From: Gemmatimonadota bacterium | GTDB lineage: Bacteria; Gemmatimonadota; Gemmatimonadetes; JACCXV01; JAHWKZ01 | Assembly: GCA_035249945.1 (NCBI GenBank) | Contig: DATFFS010000253.1 | Location: 1 to 47,722 of the forward strand | DNA length: 47,722 bases | Reading direction: 5' to 3' | In this document: positions 19,935-33,189 of the stretch, piece by piece | Numbering within the stretch: the first letter of the stretch is position 1 | Layout: each line of letters starts with the position of its first letter | The notes under the pieces: generated by a model | What the model was told of the DNA's origin: nothing | The model's input: the letters and a program-made list of their open reading frames with translations, nothing else | Databases searched by the model: none | Made by a program: the position numbers and the translations under genes

Positions 19935-20692
19935 GGTCGCGGGTGATGCCGCTGGTGGCGCTGGCTCTATGGTCGGTGGGCTGCGCCTCGACCCAGGAGA
20001 CCGCCGTCCTTCCTCCCGACGAGCAGTACGAGCGGGCTCAGCAGCAGTACGCCGAAGGTGACATCCGCGAGGCGATCGCGAACTTCCAGACCTTCGCCTT
20101 CAACTATCCGCAGGACCCCCGCGTGCCCGAGGCGCGCTGGATGTCAGCCCAGGGGTACTACAGCGTCGAGGACTGGGCCACCGCCGCTCAGGAATACCTG
20201 AATTATCAACGGGACTACCCACGGGAGCCGCGCGCGGCGGAGGCTCTGTTCCAGGCCGGCCGCTCCTACCAGCAGATGTCGCTGCGGCCCGAGCTCGACC
20301 AGCGCGAGACGGAGCGCGCGGTGAACGCGTACGATCGCGTGATCGTCGAGTATCCGCGCAGCGAGTTCGTCGAGGAGGCGCGGTCGCGGAAAGAGCAGCT
20401 CCGCGCCAAACTGGCGGAGAAGGTGTTCCTGAACGCGGAGTTCTATTTCGACAACGAGAACTATTCCGCCACCGAGATCTACCTGACTGACCTGATCGCG
20501 CAGTACAGCGACACCGCGTGGATTCCGCCCGCGTACGCGTTGCTGGCGCGCACGAAATGCCAGCAGGGACTGGGTGACCGGGCATCCGAGGTCTACGCAA
20601 GACTGCGAGAGAACTACCCCGATTCGCAGGCCGCCATGGAGGTAGTGGGCGAGCTGCCGGAGCGATGCAGGGCGGCGCAGGCGGCGTCGTGA
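19931..20692 (+). CDS. bamD: Outer membrane protein assembly factor BamD (YfiO)
   Basis: ATGA overlap start, lipobox SVGC, TPR-like repeats with YERAQQQYAEGDIREAI, YPQDPRVPEA, YPRSEFVEEA and FYFDNENY; typical length. Confidence 0.85.
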   Translation: MRSRVMPLVALALWSVGCASTQETAVLPPDEQYERAQQQYAEGDIREAIANFQTFAFNYPQDPRVPEARWMSAQGYYSVEDWATAAQEYLNYQRDYPREPRAAEALFQAGRSYQQMSLRPELDQRETERAVNAYDRVIVEYPRSEFVEEARSRKEQLRAKLAEKVFLNAEFYFDNENYSATEIYLTDLIAQYSDTAWIPPAYALLARTKCQQGLGDRASEVYARLRENYPDSQAAMEVVGELPERCRAAQAAS

Positions 20693-21306
20693 GAAAGGGC
20701 ATCCTGGGCGGGACGTTCAACCCGCCGCACATGGCCCATCTGATCGTGGCCCAGGAAGTGCGAGAGGTCATGCACCTCGACGAAATCGTCCTCATACCGA
20801 CGAGCGTCCATGCCTTCAAGGGGCCGCCGTCCGCGGCCCCGCGTCATCGTGCCGCCATGACCGAGCTCGCCGTGGCTGGCGATCCCGCCCTCGCCGTGGA
20901 CCGGATCGAGCTCCAGCGTGGCGGTGTCTCGTACACGGTGGACACGTTGCGCGCACTGCGCGAACGGGATCCGGGCACCGACTGGACGTTGATCCTCGGG
21001 AGGGACAACCTGGAGGAGCTGGGGGAATGGCGCGAGGCCGACGCGCTGCCCGACCTGGCCGGTGTGGTGGTGACCACCCGCGCGGGCCTCCCGGCGCCGG
21101 AGCGACTGCCGTTCGGGGGGCGTTGCACGCTCGTCGGCGTGCCGTCGTTGGAGGTTTCGTCGACCGCCATCCGTGAGCGAGTCGCGCGCGGCCGGTCGAT
21201 CCGTTACTGGGTGCCCCCGGCGGTGGAGGCGTATATCCGGGAGCATGCCCTGTACCGGGAGGGTGTGCCCGTCGGGTCCATTGAAAAGGCGCCGGACAGG
21301 GGTTAG
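20689..21306 (+). CDS. nadD: Nicotinate-nucleotide adenylyltransferase
   Basis: GILGGTFNPPHMAHL (HxGH-type) and SSTAIRERV motifs. GTG at 20689 overlaps the bamD stop (GTGA). ATG at 20665 is an alternative start. Confidence 0.9.
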   Translation: MRKGILGGTFNPPHMAHLIVAQEVREVMHLDEIVLIPTSVHAFKGPPSAAPRHRAAMTELAVAGDPALAVDRIELQRGGVSYTVDTLRALRERDPGTDWTLILGRDNLEELGEWREADALPDLAGVVVTTRAGLPAPERLPFGGRCTLVGVPSLEVSSTAIRERVARGRSIRYWVPPAVEAYIREHALYREGVPVGSIEKAPDRG

Positions 21307-21420
21307 ATTGTGTTCCCTCTGCCGGTTGACGCCCCCCCGACCCATGCACTGGACATTCGTTAGCGGATCGGCACCTCGTCGGCGACGACCCCCGACGGAT
21401 TTTCTCGGAGAACGATAATC

Positions 21421-24552
<3,132 letters not shown>

Positions 24553-24618
24553 CGGACGTTCGTCCGCGGCGCCTCGAGCCATAAACAGCATGAACGTCTC
24601 GATCGGAGGAGATCGAAC

Positions 24619-25761
24619 ATGATCGGAGTGCTCGACCGCTTGTCGGGCGGCGCCGGGATCCTGCGGCGCAAGGAGAACGCCTACCTGCCGGGGGACGACG
24701 ACGTCTACGTACCCGCCCGGCTCATCGACCAGTACGGCCTGCGGAAGGGAGACGCGGTCGAAGGCGAGATCGGCTCGCCTCCCGGCCGCGGGAAGCTGCC
24801 GCCTCTGAAGTCTGTGACCGCGGTCAACGGCGAGACGCCGGAGAACGCCCGCGCGCGGCCCAAGTTCGACCAGCTGCGAGCCACCCATCCGGACGAGCAA
24901 TTGACGCTCGAGATCATCGACGAGAAGGACTCCCGCGGCGTCAACGGTGCGGGGATCACCAACCGCATCCTCGATCTGGTGGTGCCGCTCGGAAAGGGGC
25001 AGCGGGCCCTGATCGTGGCGCCGGCGAAGGCCGGCAAGACCATGCTGCTGCAGGCGGTGATGACGGGCGTCGCCGTTAACTACCCCGGTGCCGAGCTCAT
25101 CGTGCTCCTGGTCGACGAGCGGCCGGAGGAAGTCACGGAGATGCAGCGCATGATCGAGAAGATCGGCCGGGGTGAGACGGTCGCCTCGTCGTTCGACTTT
25201 CCGCCCGATCGGCACGTGCAGGTCGCCGAGATGGCGCTCGAGCGCGCCCGCCGGCTGGTGGAGAGCGGCAAGGACGTGGTTCTGGTGCTGGACTCGATAA
25301 CGAGGCTCGCGCGCGCCTACAACTCGATCGAGCGCTCGAGCGGGCGCACGCTGTCGGGTGGGATCGAGGCCGGCGCGCTGGAGGCGCCGAAGCGCTTCTT
25401 CGGGTCGGCTCGCAAGGTGGTCGGCGATCGCGGAGGCAGTCTGACGATCATCGCCACCGCCCTGATCGACACCGGAAGCCGCGCCGACGAAGTCATCTTC
25501 GAGGAGTTTAAGGGCACGGGGAACGCCGAGATCGTCCTCGCGCGGGAGCTCGCCGACCAGCGTATCTGGCCGGCAATCGACGTGACCGCGAGCGGGACGA
25601 GAAAGGAAGAGCTGCTCTACCCGGAGGAGTACCTCCACAGGCTTCAGTTGCTGCGCCGGTTCCTGTCCGACATGCGGACGACCGACGCGGCGGAGTTCCT
25701 GATCGACAAGGTCAAGCATACCCGCTCGAACCAGGAGCTGCTGGACAGCATGAGCAAGTAG
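24619..25761 (+). CDS. rho: Transcription termination factor Rho (short form lacking the N-terminal helix bundle)
   Basis: GGAGGAG lies 8 nt upstream of the ATG. The OB/CSD-like RNA-binding part comes first ([33 protein letters not shown]), then P-loop [18 protein letters not shown] and the RecA-type core. An in-frame stop only 22 codons upstream leaves no room for a Rho_N domain. Confidence 0.95.
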   Translation: MIGVLDRLSGGAGILRRKENAYLPGDDDVYVPARLIDQYGLRKGDAVEGEIGSPPGRGKLPPLKSVTAVNGETPENARARPKFDQLRATHPDEQLTLEIIDEKDSRGVNGAGITNRILDLVVPLGKGQRALIVAPAKAGKTMLLQAVMTGVAVNYPGAELIVLLVDERPEEVTEMQRMIEKIGRGETVASSFDFPPDRHVQVAEMALERARRLVESGKDVVLVLDSITRLARAYNSIERSSGRTLSGGIEAGALEAPKRFFGSARKVVGDRGGSLTIIATALIDTGSRADEVIFEEFKGTGNAEIVLARELADQRIWPAIDVTASGTRKEELLYPEEYLHRLQLLRRFLSDMRTTDAAEFLIDKVKHTRSNQELLDSMSK

Positions 25762-25824
25762 ACCCCACCGCGGGGCGGGCCGAGTGACCGGACCGACGGC
25801 ATCCGCCTTGCACCTCGATCCGTC

Positions 25825-26514
25825 GTGCGCGGATCCGTTCTTTCGATCAAGGAATGGCCCGTCGCGGACCGGCCGCGGGAGAGGCTGTTGCGCCTTGGCG
25901 CCAGCGCCCTTTCCACCGTCGAGCTTCTGACGATCCTCGTCGGAAGCGGAAGCCGGAGCTGCCCGGCGGACCAGATCGCCAGGCGCCTGACCACCGTCTA
26001 CCCGGGCCTGCGTCAACTGGCCGGAAAAGCGGCCGCTGATCTGCTCTCCGTCGAGGGTGTGGGGGAGGCGACGGCGGCGCGTATGGTCGCCGCGCTGGAG
26101 CTGGGGCGAAGGCTGCAGAAGGAGCGACGCGACCGGCAGCCGACGCTTTCCACGCCGCGTGCGGTATGGCGGCATCTCGCCCTCGAGCTTCGCGATCGCG
26201 AGCGCGAGCGGTTCCTCGCCCTGTGTCTCAACACCCGCAACGAGCTGATCCGCGAGGTAGTGGTGTCGGTGGGATCGCTCAATGCCTCGATCGTACACCC
26301 CCGCGAAGTCTTCAAGCCGGCTCTGTCCTGCGCCGCGGCCGGCCTGGTCATCGCCCACAACCATCCGTCGGGCGATCCCGCGCCGAGTCGTGAGGACCGG
26401 GAGGTCACGCGCGCGATCAGCGAAGCCGGGCGCATTCTCGACGTGCCCTTACACGATCACGTCATCATCGGCGCCGACTCGTACTTTTCCTTCAAGGATT
26501 CCGGGCTGCTCTAG
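25825..26514 (+). CDS. radC: RadC-like JAB-domain protein (UPF0758)
   Basis: The N-terminal segment RPRERLLRLGASALSTVELLTILVGSG is typical of RadC. JAMM motif HNHPSGDPAPSREDREVT. Confidence 0.9.
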   Translation: MRGSVLSIKEWPVADRPRERLLRLGASALSTVELLTILVGSGSRSCPADQIARRLTTVYPGLRQLAGKAAADLLSVEGVGEATAARMVAALELGRRLQKERRDRQPTLSTPRAVWRHLALELRDRERERFLALCLNTRNELIREVVVSVGSLNASIVHPREVFKPALSCAAAGLVIAHNHPSGDPAPSREDREVTRAISEAGRILDVPLHDHVIIGADSYFSFKDSGLL

Positions 26515-26555
26515 AATAGTGTCGCAGAGTTTCATTGTATTCACCTGATGTCGAT

Positions 26556-26584
26556 TTGAATATCGCCACGAAGAGTGGTATATG
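26556..26584 (+). promoter_or_regulatory. Candidate promoter TTGAAT - 17 nt - TATATG (with TGG extended -10) in an AT-rich patch
   Basis: Read directly from the sequence. It lies just upstream of the ATG at 26589 and would give a leaderless or nearly leaderless mRNA. Confidence 0.3.
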
Positions 26585-26588
26585 GAAT

Positions 26589-26999
26589 ATGCGTAAGGCG
26601 CGAGCGGGAGCGATCCTGTGGGATGTTTTCAAGGGAGGTATTCGCGTGGCGTTCGAAACCTACGTTCCGCAACGCGGTCGAGCAGCGGGAAAGTCGACCA
26701 TCAGGGTGCTGAAGAACGGCAACTTCTCGATCAGCGCGGCGGCGTATCAGAAGTGGTTCGACAAGGCGAATTACGTCGAGCTGCTGTTCGACTCGCGGGC
26801 CCGCAAGGTCGGGCTCCGGCCCCGGAACAAGCCGACGCGGGCATCCTACAAGCTGCGGGAGTCGCCGCAGGGTGGCGACCGAAGATACGTCTCGGGAGGG
26901 CAGTTCCTGGAATCCTGCGGAGTCAAACTGCGGAAGGCGCGAAGCTTCGACGCGAAGTGGAACGACCGGCTGAAACTGGTCGAGTTCTCGTTGAAATAG
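26589..26999 (+). CDS. Hypothetical small basic protein (about 136 aa), no family recognised
   Basis: An ORF followed by a strong intrinsic terminator. K/R-rich, with two internally similar halves (NGNFSISAAAYQKWF...VELLFD and RRYVSGGQFLESCGV...LKLVEF). TTG at 26535 is an alternative start. Confidence 0.5.
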   Translation: MRKARAGAILWDVFKGGIRVAFETYVPQRGRAAGKSTIRVLKNGNFSISAAAYQKWFDKANYVELLFDSRARKVGLRPRNKPTRASYKLRESPQGGDRRYVSGGQFLESCGVKLRKARSFDAKWNDRLKLVEFSLK

Positions 27000-27028
27000 G
27001 CCGGCGAAGGCACGGCCGGACCCCGCAT

Positions 27029-27067
27029 GCGCCGGCGCTCCCTGAAGGAGCGCCGGCGCTTTTCGTT
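27029..27067 (+). terminator. Rho-independent terminator
   Basis: Perfect 13-bp stem GCGCCGGCGCTCC / GGAGCGCCGGCGC with a 5-nt loop (ctgaa), followed by TTTTCGTT. Confidence 0.8.
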
Positions 27068-27130
27068 CGGGGGTCCCCGGCGGTATCCTAGATTCAGACT
27101 GCTGCCCAATTTCGGGCGCGAGAGCGAGGC

Positions 27131-29311
27131 ATGGACAAGCGGCGGTTCCTCCGTTCCCTGCAACCCTTCGAGGATCGACTCGACATCGAGACGATCGCGA
27201 AGGCGTACGCGTTCGGGGAGGTGGCGCACGCGGACCAGAAGCGCCTGTCGGGGGACCCCTTCATGGCCCACTCCGCGGAGATCGCCCGCATCCTGGTCGA
27301 CATGAACCTGATCGACACGACGACGATCGTCGCCGCGCTGCTCCACGACGTTGCCGAGGACACGCACGTCAGCGTCGAGCAGGTGGGTGAAGCCTTCGGG
27401 CGGGAGGTGTCGGCCCTGGTCGAAGGTCTAACCAAGCTCGGTCACCTGCGCTTTCGCTCCCGTGAGGAACGCCAGGTCGAGAATTATCGGAAGCTCCTGC
27501 TGTCGATGGCCCGTGACATCCGCATCATCATGATCAAGCTCGCCGACCGGCTCCACAACATGCGCACGCTCGAGTACCTGCCGGACGACAAGCGCCAGCG
27601 CATCGCGAGCGAGACCCGCGACATCTATGCTCCGCTCGCCCATCGCTTCGGTATGGCGACCATCCGGTGGGAGCTGGAGGATCTGTCGTTCAAGTTCCTG
27701 GAGGTCGACGCCTACCGGGACCTCGCGAAGAAGGTCCAGGCCAAGCGCAAGGAGCGCGAGCGCATGATCGCGGCCATCGGCCGGCCGCTGGAGGAGGCCC
27801 TGAAGGAGGCCGGCGTGCCGGCGGAGATCACCGGTCGTCCCAAGCATCTATGGTCGATCCACAAGAAGATGCAGGCGCGGAACAAGCCGTACGAGGAGAT
27901 CTACGATCTGCTGGCGATCCGCGTGTTGACCGAGACGGTGCGGGACTGCTATCACGGTCTGGGGATCATCCACACGATGTGGACGCCGGTGCACGAGCGA
28001 TTCAAGGACTACATCGCGACTCCCAAATCGAACATGTACCAATCACTGCACACCACCGTCTATGGACCGGGCGGCACACTCTACGAGATCCAGATCCGAA
28101 CCTGGGACATGCACCGCACCGCCGAAGTGGGCATCGCGGCGCATTGGAAATACAAGGAGGGGAGCGCGGGCACGGAGATCGACGAGCAGCTGGCGTGGTT
28201 CCGCCAGATCCTGGAATGGCAGCAGGACATGACGGATCCGGAGGAATTCCTGGAGTACCTGAAGATCGATCTCTACAAGGACGAGATCTTCGTGTTCACA
28301 CCGAAGGGCGACCTCGTCCAGCTTCCGGCCGGTTCGACTCCCATAGACTTCGCCTTCCAGGTCCATACGCAGGTCGGGATGCACTGCTCGGGCGCGCGCG
28401 TCAACGGGCGCATCGTGCCGCTCCACAAGGAGCTGCGGTCGGGGGACATGGTCGAGATCCTGACGCAGTCGAATCAGCGGCCTTCGCGGGACTGGCTCCA
28501 CTTCGTGAAGACCTCCAAGGCCAGGCAGCTGGTGCGGCGCACGATCCGCGCGGAGGAATACGCCAGCTCCCTGGCGCTCGGCAAGGAGCTGCTCGAGAAG
28601 GAATACCGCCGCAACCGGGTGCGGCGGCCGGAGGACGAGCGGCTCGACGAGACGGCGGACGCATTCCATCTGGGGGGGAGGGAGGATCTCTACGCGGCTC
28701 TCGGCCGGGGCGACCTGACGCTGACTCAGGTCTGGAACGTGCTGTTCCCGGAGGAGAAGACGGTGGAGCGCAAGCCCGCCACCGCCTTCGAGCGCCTGGT
28801 GGAGAAGATCAAGGGCGGGCCCCAGGGCGTGAAGATCCAGGGCGTCGACAACATGATGGTCCGGTTCAGCCAGTGCTGTCAGCCGATCCCCGGCGACGAG
28901 ATCATGGGGTACATCACTCGCGGGCGGGGGGTATCGATCCACCGGACGGACTGCCCGAACATCCTCAATCTGACGGACGAGCCGGAGCGGAAGATCGAGG
29001 TCCGCTGGGACACGTCCAACGCCCAGACGTTCATCGTGCGGCTGGTCGTCACAGGGACGGACCGGCGCGGGCTGTTCGCGGATGTCGCTGGCGCCGTTTC
29101 GCGCACGTCGACCGACATCAAGAGCGCCGATCTCACGGTCAACGAGACGGGGATCGAGGGAACCTTCGTGATCGAGGTCAAGGACCTCGACCATCTCAAC
29201 CGCGTTGTGGGCGCGATGAAATCGATCGAAGGGATCCTCGAGGTGGAGCGGCGCGAGTACTTCGGGTCCCACGAGCTGGGGGTCGAGACGGGGCGCGTGG
29301 TAGGCTCGTAG
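27131..29311 (+). CDS. relA: Bifunctional (p)ppGpp synthetase/hydrolase (RelA/SpoT homologue)
   Basis: HD hydrolase domain (HDVAEDT), synthetase domain (RPKHLWSIHKKM, YQSLHTTV), TGS domain (FTPKGDLVQLPAGSTPIDFAF), zinc-finger region (CCQPIPGDEI) and a C-terminal ACT domain. Confidence 0.95.
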   Translation: MDKRRFLRSLQPFEDRLDIETIAKAYAFGEVAHADQKRLSGDPFMAHSAEIARILVDMNLIDTTTIVAALLHDVAEDTHVSVEQVGEAFGREVSALVEGLTKLGHLRFRSREERQVENYRKLLLSMARDIRIIMIKLADRLHNMRTLEYLPDDKRQRIASETRDIYAPLAHRFGMATIRWELEDLSFKFLEVDAYRDLAKKVQAKRKERERMIAAIGRPLEEALKEAGVPAEITGRPKHLWSIHKKMQARNKPYEEIYDLLAIRVLTETVRDCYHGLGIIHTMWTPVHERFKDYIATPKSNMYQSLHTTVYGPGGTLYEIQIRTWDMHRTAEVGIAAHWKYKEGSAGTEIDEQLAWFRQILEWQQDMTDPEEFLEYLKIDLYKDEIFVFTPKGDLVQLPAGSTPIDFAFQVHTQVGMHCSGARVNGRIVPLHKELRSGDMVEILTQSNQRPSRDWLHFVKTSKARQLVRRTIRAEEYASSLALGKELLEKEYRRNRVRRPEDERLDETADAFHLGGREDLYAALGRGDLTLTQVWNVLFPEEKTVERKPATAFERLVEKIKGGPQGVKIQGVDNMMVRFSQCCQPIPGDEIMGYITRGRGVSIHRTDCPNILNLTDEPERKIEVRWDTSNAQTFIVRLVVTGTDRRGLFADVAGAVSRTSTDIKSADLTVNETGIEGTFVIEVKDLDHLNRVVGAMKSIEGILEVERREYFGSHELGVETGRVVGS

Positions 29312-29355
29312 CGCAGGAACATTTGAGGCGGCGAGGTGTTCTCTTCGGGACCCCC

Positions 29356-30024
29356 ATGCGCGCGATCCCACACATCATCCGGGGCTTCCCCGTACTTGCG
29401 TCGCTGCTCGTTCTGACGGCGCCGTTGACCGCCTCGCCGGCGCAGGATCCGGAGGACGTCGCCGAGCGCGCCGACCGGGCGCTCGCTGCGCTTCAGACGC
29501 TGGAGGCGCGTTTTGTACAGCGGGTGGTCAACCCGGTGCTCGAGAAAACCGAGATCGGACACGGCACGCTGTACTACCGCGCCCCGGGCCGCTATCGCAT
29601 CGAATACACGTTCCCGCGAGGGGATGTCGTGGTCGACGACGGCACGTGGGTCTGGATCTATCTGCCTTCGAGCCAACCCGAGCAGGTGCTTCGCCAGCCC
29701 GCCGACGGCTCCGGCGGTGCGAACCCGCTCACCTACCTTCGCGATCTGCGCTCGATGTACGCGGTCGATCTGGTAGGAAGCGAGGTGATCTCGGGGGAGT
29801 CGAGCGATCACCTGAGCATGGAGCCACAGGTCGAGGACGCCCCCTTCGTGCACGTCGACGTATGGGTCGGCCGGCGGACCGGTCTCCTCCGTCAGGTGCG
29901 CACGACCACCCCCGACGGAGTCGAAAAGTCCTATACGTTCACGTCTCTGGAGCCGGGAGCGACCGTCCCCGATTCCCGGTTTCGCTTCGCCCCCCCCGCA
30001 GGCGTCGAGGTCTACGACCAGTAG
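29356..30024 (+). CDS. lolA: Outer-membrane lipoprotein carrier protein LolA
   Basis: Signal peptide, then LQTLEARFVQ, GTLYYRAPGRYRIEY and DDGTWVWIYLP, the typical LolA pattern. It lies in the tail of a long shadow ORF (27667). Confidence 0.8.
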   Translation: MRAIPHIIRGFPVLASLLVLTAPLTASPAQDPEDVAERADRALAALQTLEARFVQRVVNPVLEKTEIGHGTLYYRAPGRYRIEYTFPRGDVVVDDGTWVWIYLPSSQPEQVLRQPADGSGGANPLTYLRDLRSMYAVDLVGSEVISGESSDHLSMEPQVEDAPFVHVDVWVGRRTGLLRQVRTTTPDGVEKSYTFTSLEPGATVPDSRFRFAPPAGVEVYDQ

Positions 30025-30148
30025 TTCCAGCCCCCGACCGAAAATGCCCGCCCGCTCCGCTTAACGACCCCGGAGCTCCGTCCGTCCCATCGGTGCACGC
30101 GCGGCGAGAGTCGCCGTCGCGCCCTACCTGGAACGGAGGAGATCGACG

Positions 30149-30553
30149 ATGCGCATTCGAACGATGTTTCTGAGCGCCGCCCTCGTCGCCGGCATGGCGA
30201 CGATCGCGGCCGGGCAGGAAGCGGATGGCGCGGGGCGCCATCCACGCGGGGACAGGATCGAGGATCGACGCGACCGCCGCGAGGACCTCCGCGACGGGTT
30301 GGAGGACCGACGCGATCGGCGCGAGAACCACTGGGACCGGCGCGAGGATCGGCGCGACCGGAGGGAGGACCGGTGGGACCGGCGGGAGGACCGATGGGAC
30401 CGATGGGACTGGGGTCACGACCGCGGACGGCGCGACCGGCTGGAGAACCGGCGCGATCGGCGCGAGGACGTGGCCGATCGCCGCGAGGATCGCCGTGACC
30501 GGCGCGAGGACGTGGCCGACCGCCGCGAGGATCGACGCGACCGCCGCCACTGA
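30149..30553 (+). CDS. Secreted low-complexity protein built from about 14 D/R/E-rich heptads (xxxDRRE), some Trp-containing
   Basis: GGAGGAG lies 7 nt upstream of the ATG. Clear signal peptide [23 protein letters not shown], then DRRDRRE / DRWDRRE / DVADRRE repeats to the C-terminus. The DNA shows matching imperfect 21-nt tandem repeats. Confidence 0.65.
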   Translation: MRIRTMFLSAALVAGMATIAAGQEADGAGRHPRGDRIEDRRDRREDLRDGLEDRRDRRENHWDRREDRRDRREDRWDRREDRWDRWDWGHDRGRRDRLENRRDRREDVADRREDRRDRREDVADRREDRRDRRH

Positions 30554-30611
30554 GCTCCCGCGGGGGAAGGGCGGTGCGGCCCGGGAGGCGGACGGTTCGT
30601 ATCTTCCGCGC

Positions 30612-32660
30612 ATGCCCAGATTCGAGCTCGTCACCGACCTTTCCCCGCTGGGGGACCAGCCCGCCGCCATCCGTGAGCTTACCGCCGGGCTCGCCGCCGG
30701 GCGCCGGTTCCAGACCCTGCTGGGCGCCACCGGGACAGGCAAGACGTTCACGATCGGCCACGTGATCCGGAACTACGGCCGTCCCACCCTCGTCATGTCC
30801 CACAACAAGACGCTGGCGGCCCAGCTCTACGGCGAGCTGAAGCAGCTGTTCCCCAACAACGCTGTCGAATACTTCATCTCGTACTACGACTACTACCAGC
30901 CGGAGGCGTACATCCCGGCAACCGATACCTATATCGAGAAGGACGCGTCGATCAACGAGGACATCGACCGGCTGCGCCTGCGCACCACTTCATCCCTGAT
31001 CGAGCGCGAGGACGTGATCGTGGTGGCGTCGGTGTCGGCGATCTACGGACTGGGCAACCCGCGCGAGTATCGCGAGCTGATGGTGGTGGTCGAGAAGGGA
31101 CAGAGCGCCCCGCGCGAGCAGATCCTCGAGGAGCTGGTGCGGATCCAGTATCGGCGCGACGACATCGGATTCGAGCCCGGAAAGTTCCGCGTGCGCGGCG
31201 ACGTGATCGAGGTCTTCCCGGCGTACGAGGAGCAGGCGGTGCGGATCGAGCTCTGGGGCGACGAAGTGGAGCGCATCGCCAAGTTCGACCCCCTGCGCGG
31301 TACCACGATCCAGACGCTAGAACGGGCGGCGATCTATCCCGCCAAGCACTTCGTCACGACCCGCCCCACGATCGACGCCGCGATCAAGGACATCAAGGCC
31401 GAGCTCGAGGAGCGTCTGGCGATCCTCCGCGCCGAGGGCCGCATGCTCGAAGCGCACAAGCTGGAGACGCGCACCCGGTTCGACATCGAGATGATGCAGG
31501 AGATGGGCTACTGCGCCGGGATCGAGAATTACTCCCGTCACCTGGCGGGGCGTGCACCCGGCGAGCGGCCGGCGTGCCTGCTGGACTACTTCCCCGAAGA
31601 TTTCCTGCTGGTGATCGACGAATCCCACGTGACGATCCCTCAGATCGGCGGGATGTACGCCGGCGACCGCTCGCGGAAGGAAACGCTGGTCGAGCACGGC
31701 TACCGGCTGCCCTCTGCGCTGGACAACCGGCCGCTCCACTTCGAGGAGTTCGAGCGCTTCGCGCGACGAGCCATTTTCGTCTCCGCCACCCCCGCCGACT
31801 ACGAGCTGGCGAAGTCTGGCGGCGTGGTCGTGGAGCAGATCATCCGTCCGACGGGTCTGCTGGATCCGGAAGTCATGGTGCGGCCGGTCCGCGGTCAGGT
31901 CGACGACCTGCTGGAAGAGATCCGGGGTCGCGAGGCGATGGGGGAGAAGGTCCTCGTCACCACGCTGACAAAACGCATGGCGGAGGACCTCTCGGAATAC
32001 CTCAACGACGTGGGTGTGCGGGTCCGCTACATGCACTCCGACATCGATTCGATCCAGCGGATGGAGATCCTGCGCGGTCTGCGGACGGATGAATTCGACG
32101 TGCTGGTGGGGATCAACCTTCTGCGCGAGGGACTCGACCTGCCCGAGGTTTCGCTGGTCGCGGTGCTGGACGCCGACAAGGAGGGCTTCCTGCGGTCGAC
32201 GACGTCGCTGATTCAGACCGCCGGACGCGCCGCCAGGAACGTCAACGGCCGCGTCATCCTGTACGCGGATCGGATCACCGACTCGATGCGGCGCATGATG
32301 GACGAGACCGAGCGCAGACGAGTGATCCAGCGGGCCCACAACGAAGCGCACGGAATCGTTCCCCAGACCATATACAAGACCCGCGAGCAGATCCTGATGA
32401 GCACATCGGTGGCCGATTCCCGCGGCGGCGGATCGACCCGCGTGCGCGCGGTGAGGGAGCGGGTCGCCGGGCTGGCGGGAGAGATCGAGCGCGAGGAGCT
32501 GGCGCGCTCGCTGGAGGCCGAGATGAAGGCCGCCGCGGAGCGGCTCGACTTCCATTCCGCCGCGCTCCTGCGCGACCAGCTGTTCGAGTTGCGGGGCGAC
32601 GACCCCCGCCGCCGCGCGGCGACTACGTTGAGGCAGCGCATCGGGCTCGACGAGGCGTGA
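30612..32660 (+). CDS. uvrB: Excinuclease ABC subunit B
   Basis: [53 protein letters not shown], helicase motifs and a C-terminal UVR domain ([11 protein letters not shown]). Confidence 0.97.
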   Translation: MPRFELVTDLSPLGDQPAAIRELTAGLAAGRRFQTLLGATGTGKTFTIGHVIRNYGRPTLVMSHNKTLAAQLYGELKQLFPNNAVEYFISYYDYYQPEAYIPATDTYIEKDASINEDIDRLRLRTTSSLIEREDVIVVASVSAIYGLGNPREYRELMVVVEKGQSAPREQILEELVRIQYRRDDIGFEPGKFRVRGDVIEVFPAYEEQAVRIELWGDEVERIAKFDPLRGTTIQTLERAAIYPAKHFVTTRPTIDAAIKDIKAELEERLAILRAEGRMLEAHKLETRTRFDIEMMQEMGYCAGIENYSRHLAGRAPGERPACLLDYFPEDFLLVIDESHVTIPQIGGMYAGDRSRKETLVEHGYRLPSALDNRPLHFEEFERFARRAIFVSATPADYELAKSGGVVVEQIIRPTGLLDPEVMVRPVRGQVDDLLEEIRGREAMGEKVLVTTLTKRMAEDLSEYLNDVGVRVRYMHSDIDSIQRMEILRGLRTDEFDVLVGINLLREGLDLPEVSLVAVLDADKEGFLRSTTSLIQTAGRAARNVNGRVILYADRITDSMRRMMDETERRRVIQRAHNEAHGIVPQTIYKTREQILMSTSVADSRGGGSTRVRAVRERVAGLAGEIEREELARSLEAEMKAAAERLDFHSAALLRDQLFELRGDDPRRRAATTLRQRIGLDEA

Positions 32661-33154
32661 GCGGCGCGCCGGCGACCGTACGCTGGAGCGCACGGTCGCG
32701 CGATGCCCGGGATACGGCGGCGATGGGTGCGACGCTCGGTCGCACCGCACCCGACGGCGCGCTGATCCTGCTCGAGGGCCCGCTCGGAGCCGGAAAGACG
32801 ACGTTCGCGCAGGGCGTGGGGGAGGGGTGCGGGGTGCGGGATCCGATCACCAGTCCGACGTACAACCTGATCCTTCGCTACGCGGGGAATCGCCCCTTCA
32901 CGCACGTGGACCTGTACCGTCTCGAGGACGCCTCCGAGCTGGATACTCTCGACCTCGATGACGTGCTGGAAGGAAGCGGAGTCACGTGCGTCGAGTGGCC
33001 CGAGCTCCTCGGGGAACGGCACGACCCGCCGTGGGTCCGCGTCGGCCTCGCGCCCGAATCCGGTCACGCCGGCCCGCGGCGCGTGGGGTTCGAGTTCACG
33101 GGAGAGGGTTGGGAGGCGGCGATCCGGGCGCTCGCTGGGGAGCCGGCGGGCTGA
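32657..33154 (+). CDS. tsaE: tRNA t6A37 biosynthesis protein TsaE (YjeE ATPase)
   Basis: GTGA overlap start. [21 protein letters not shown] and HVDLYRL motifs. Confidence 0.9.
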   Translation: MSGAPATVRWSARSRDARDTAAMGATLGRTAPDGALILLEGPLGAGKTTFAQGVGEGCGVRDPITSPTYNLILRYAGNRPFTHVDLYRLEDASELDTLDLDDVLEGSGVTCVEWPELLGERHDPPWVRVGLAPESGHAGPRRVGFEFTGEGWEAAIRALAGEPAG

Positions 33155-33189
33155 ATACGCGAGGCGCCGAGGGGACGGGCCCGCACGTC

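Noticed and set aside
26535-26588. TTG at 26535 as the start of the orphan ORF.
   Set aside because: The extra 18 codons lie in the AT-rich promoter-like patch and would overlap the putative -35 and -10 hexamers. I prefer the ATG at 26589, with low certainty.
29939-30803. Two ~265-aa minus-strand ORFs with P/V/A-rich repeats opposite the D/R/E repeat gene.
   Set aside because: They are the antisense reading of the tandem DNA repeat and extend into the uvrB and lolA coding sequences. The + strand frame has a ribosome-binding site and a proper signal peptide.
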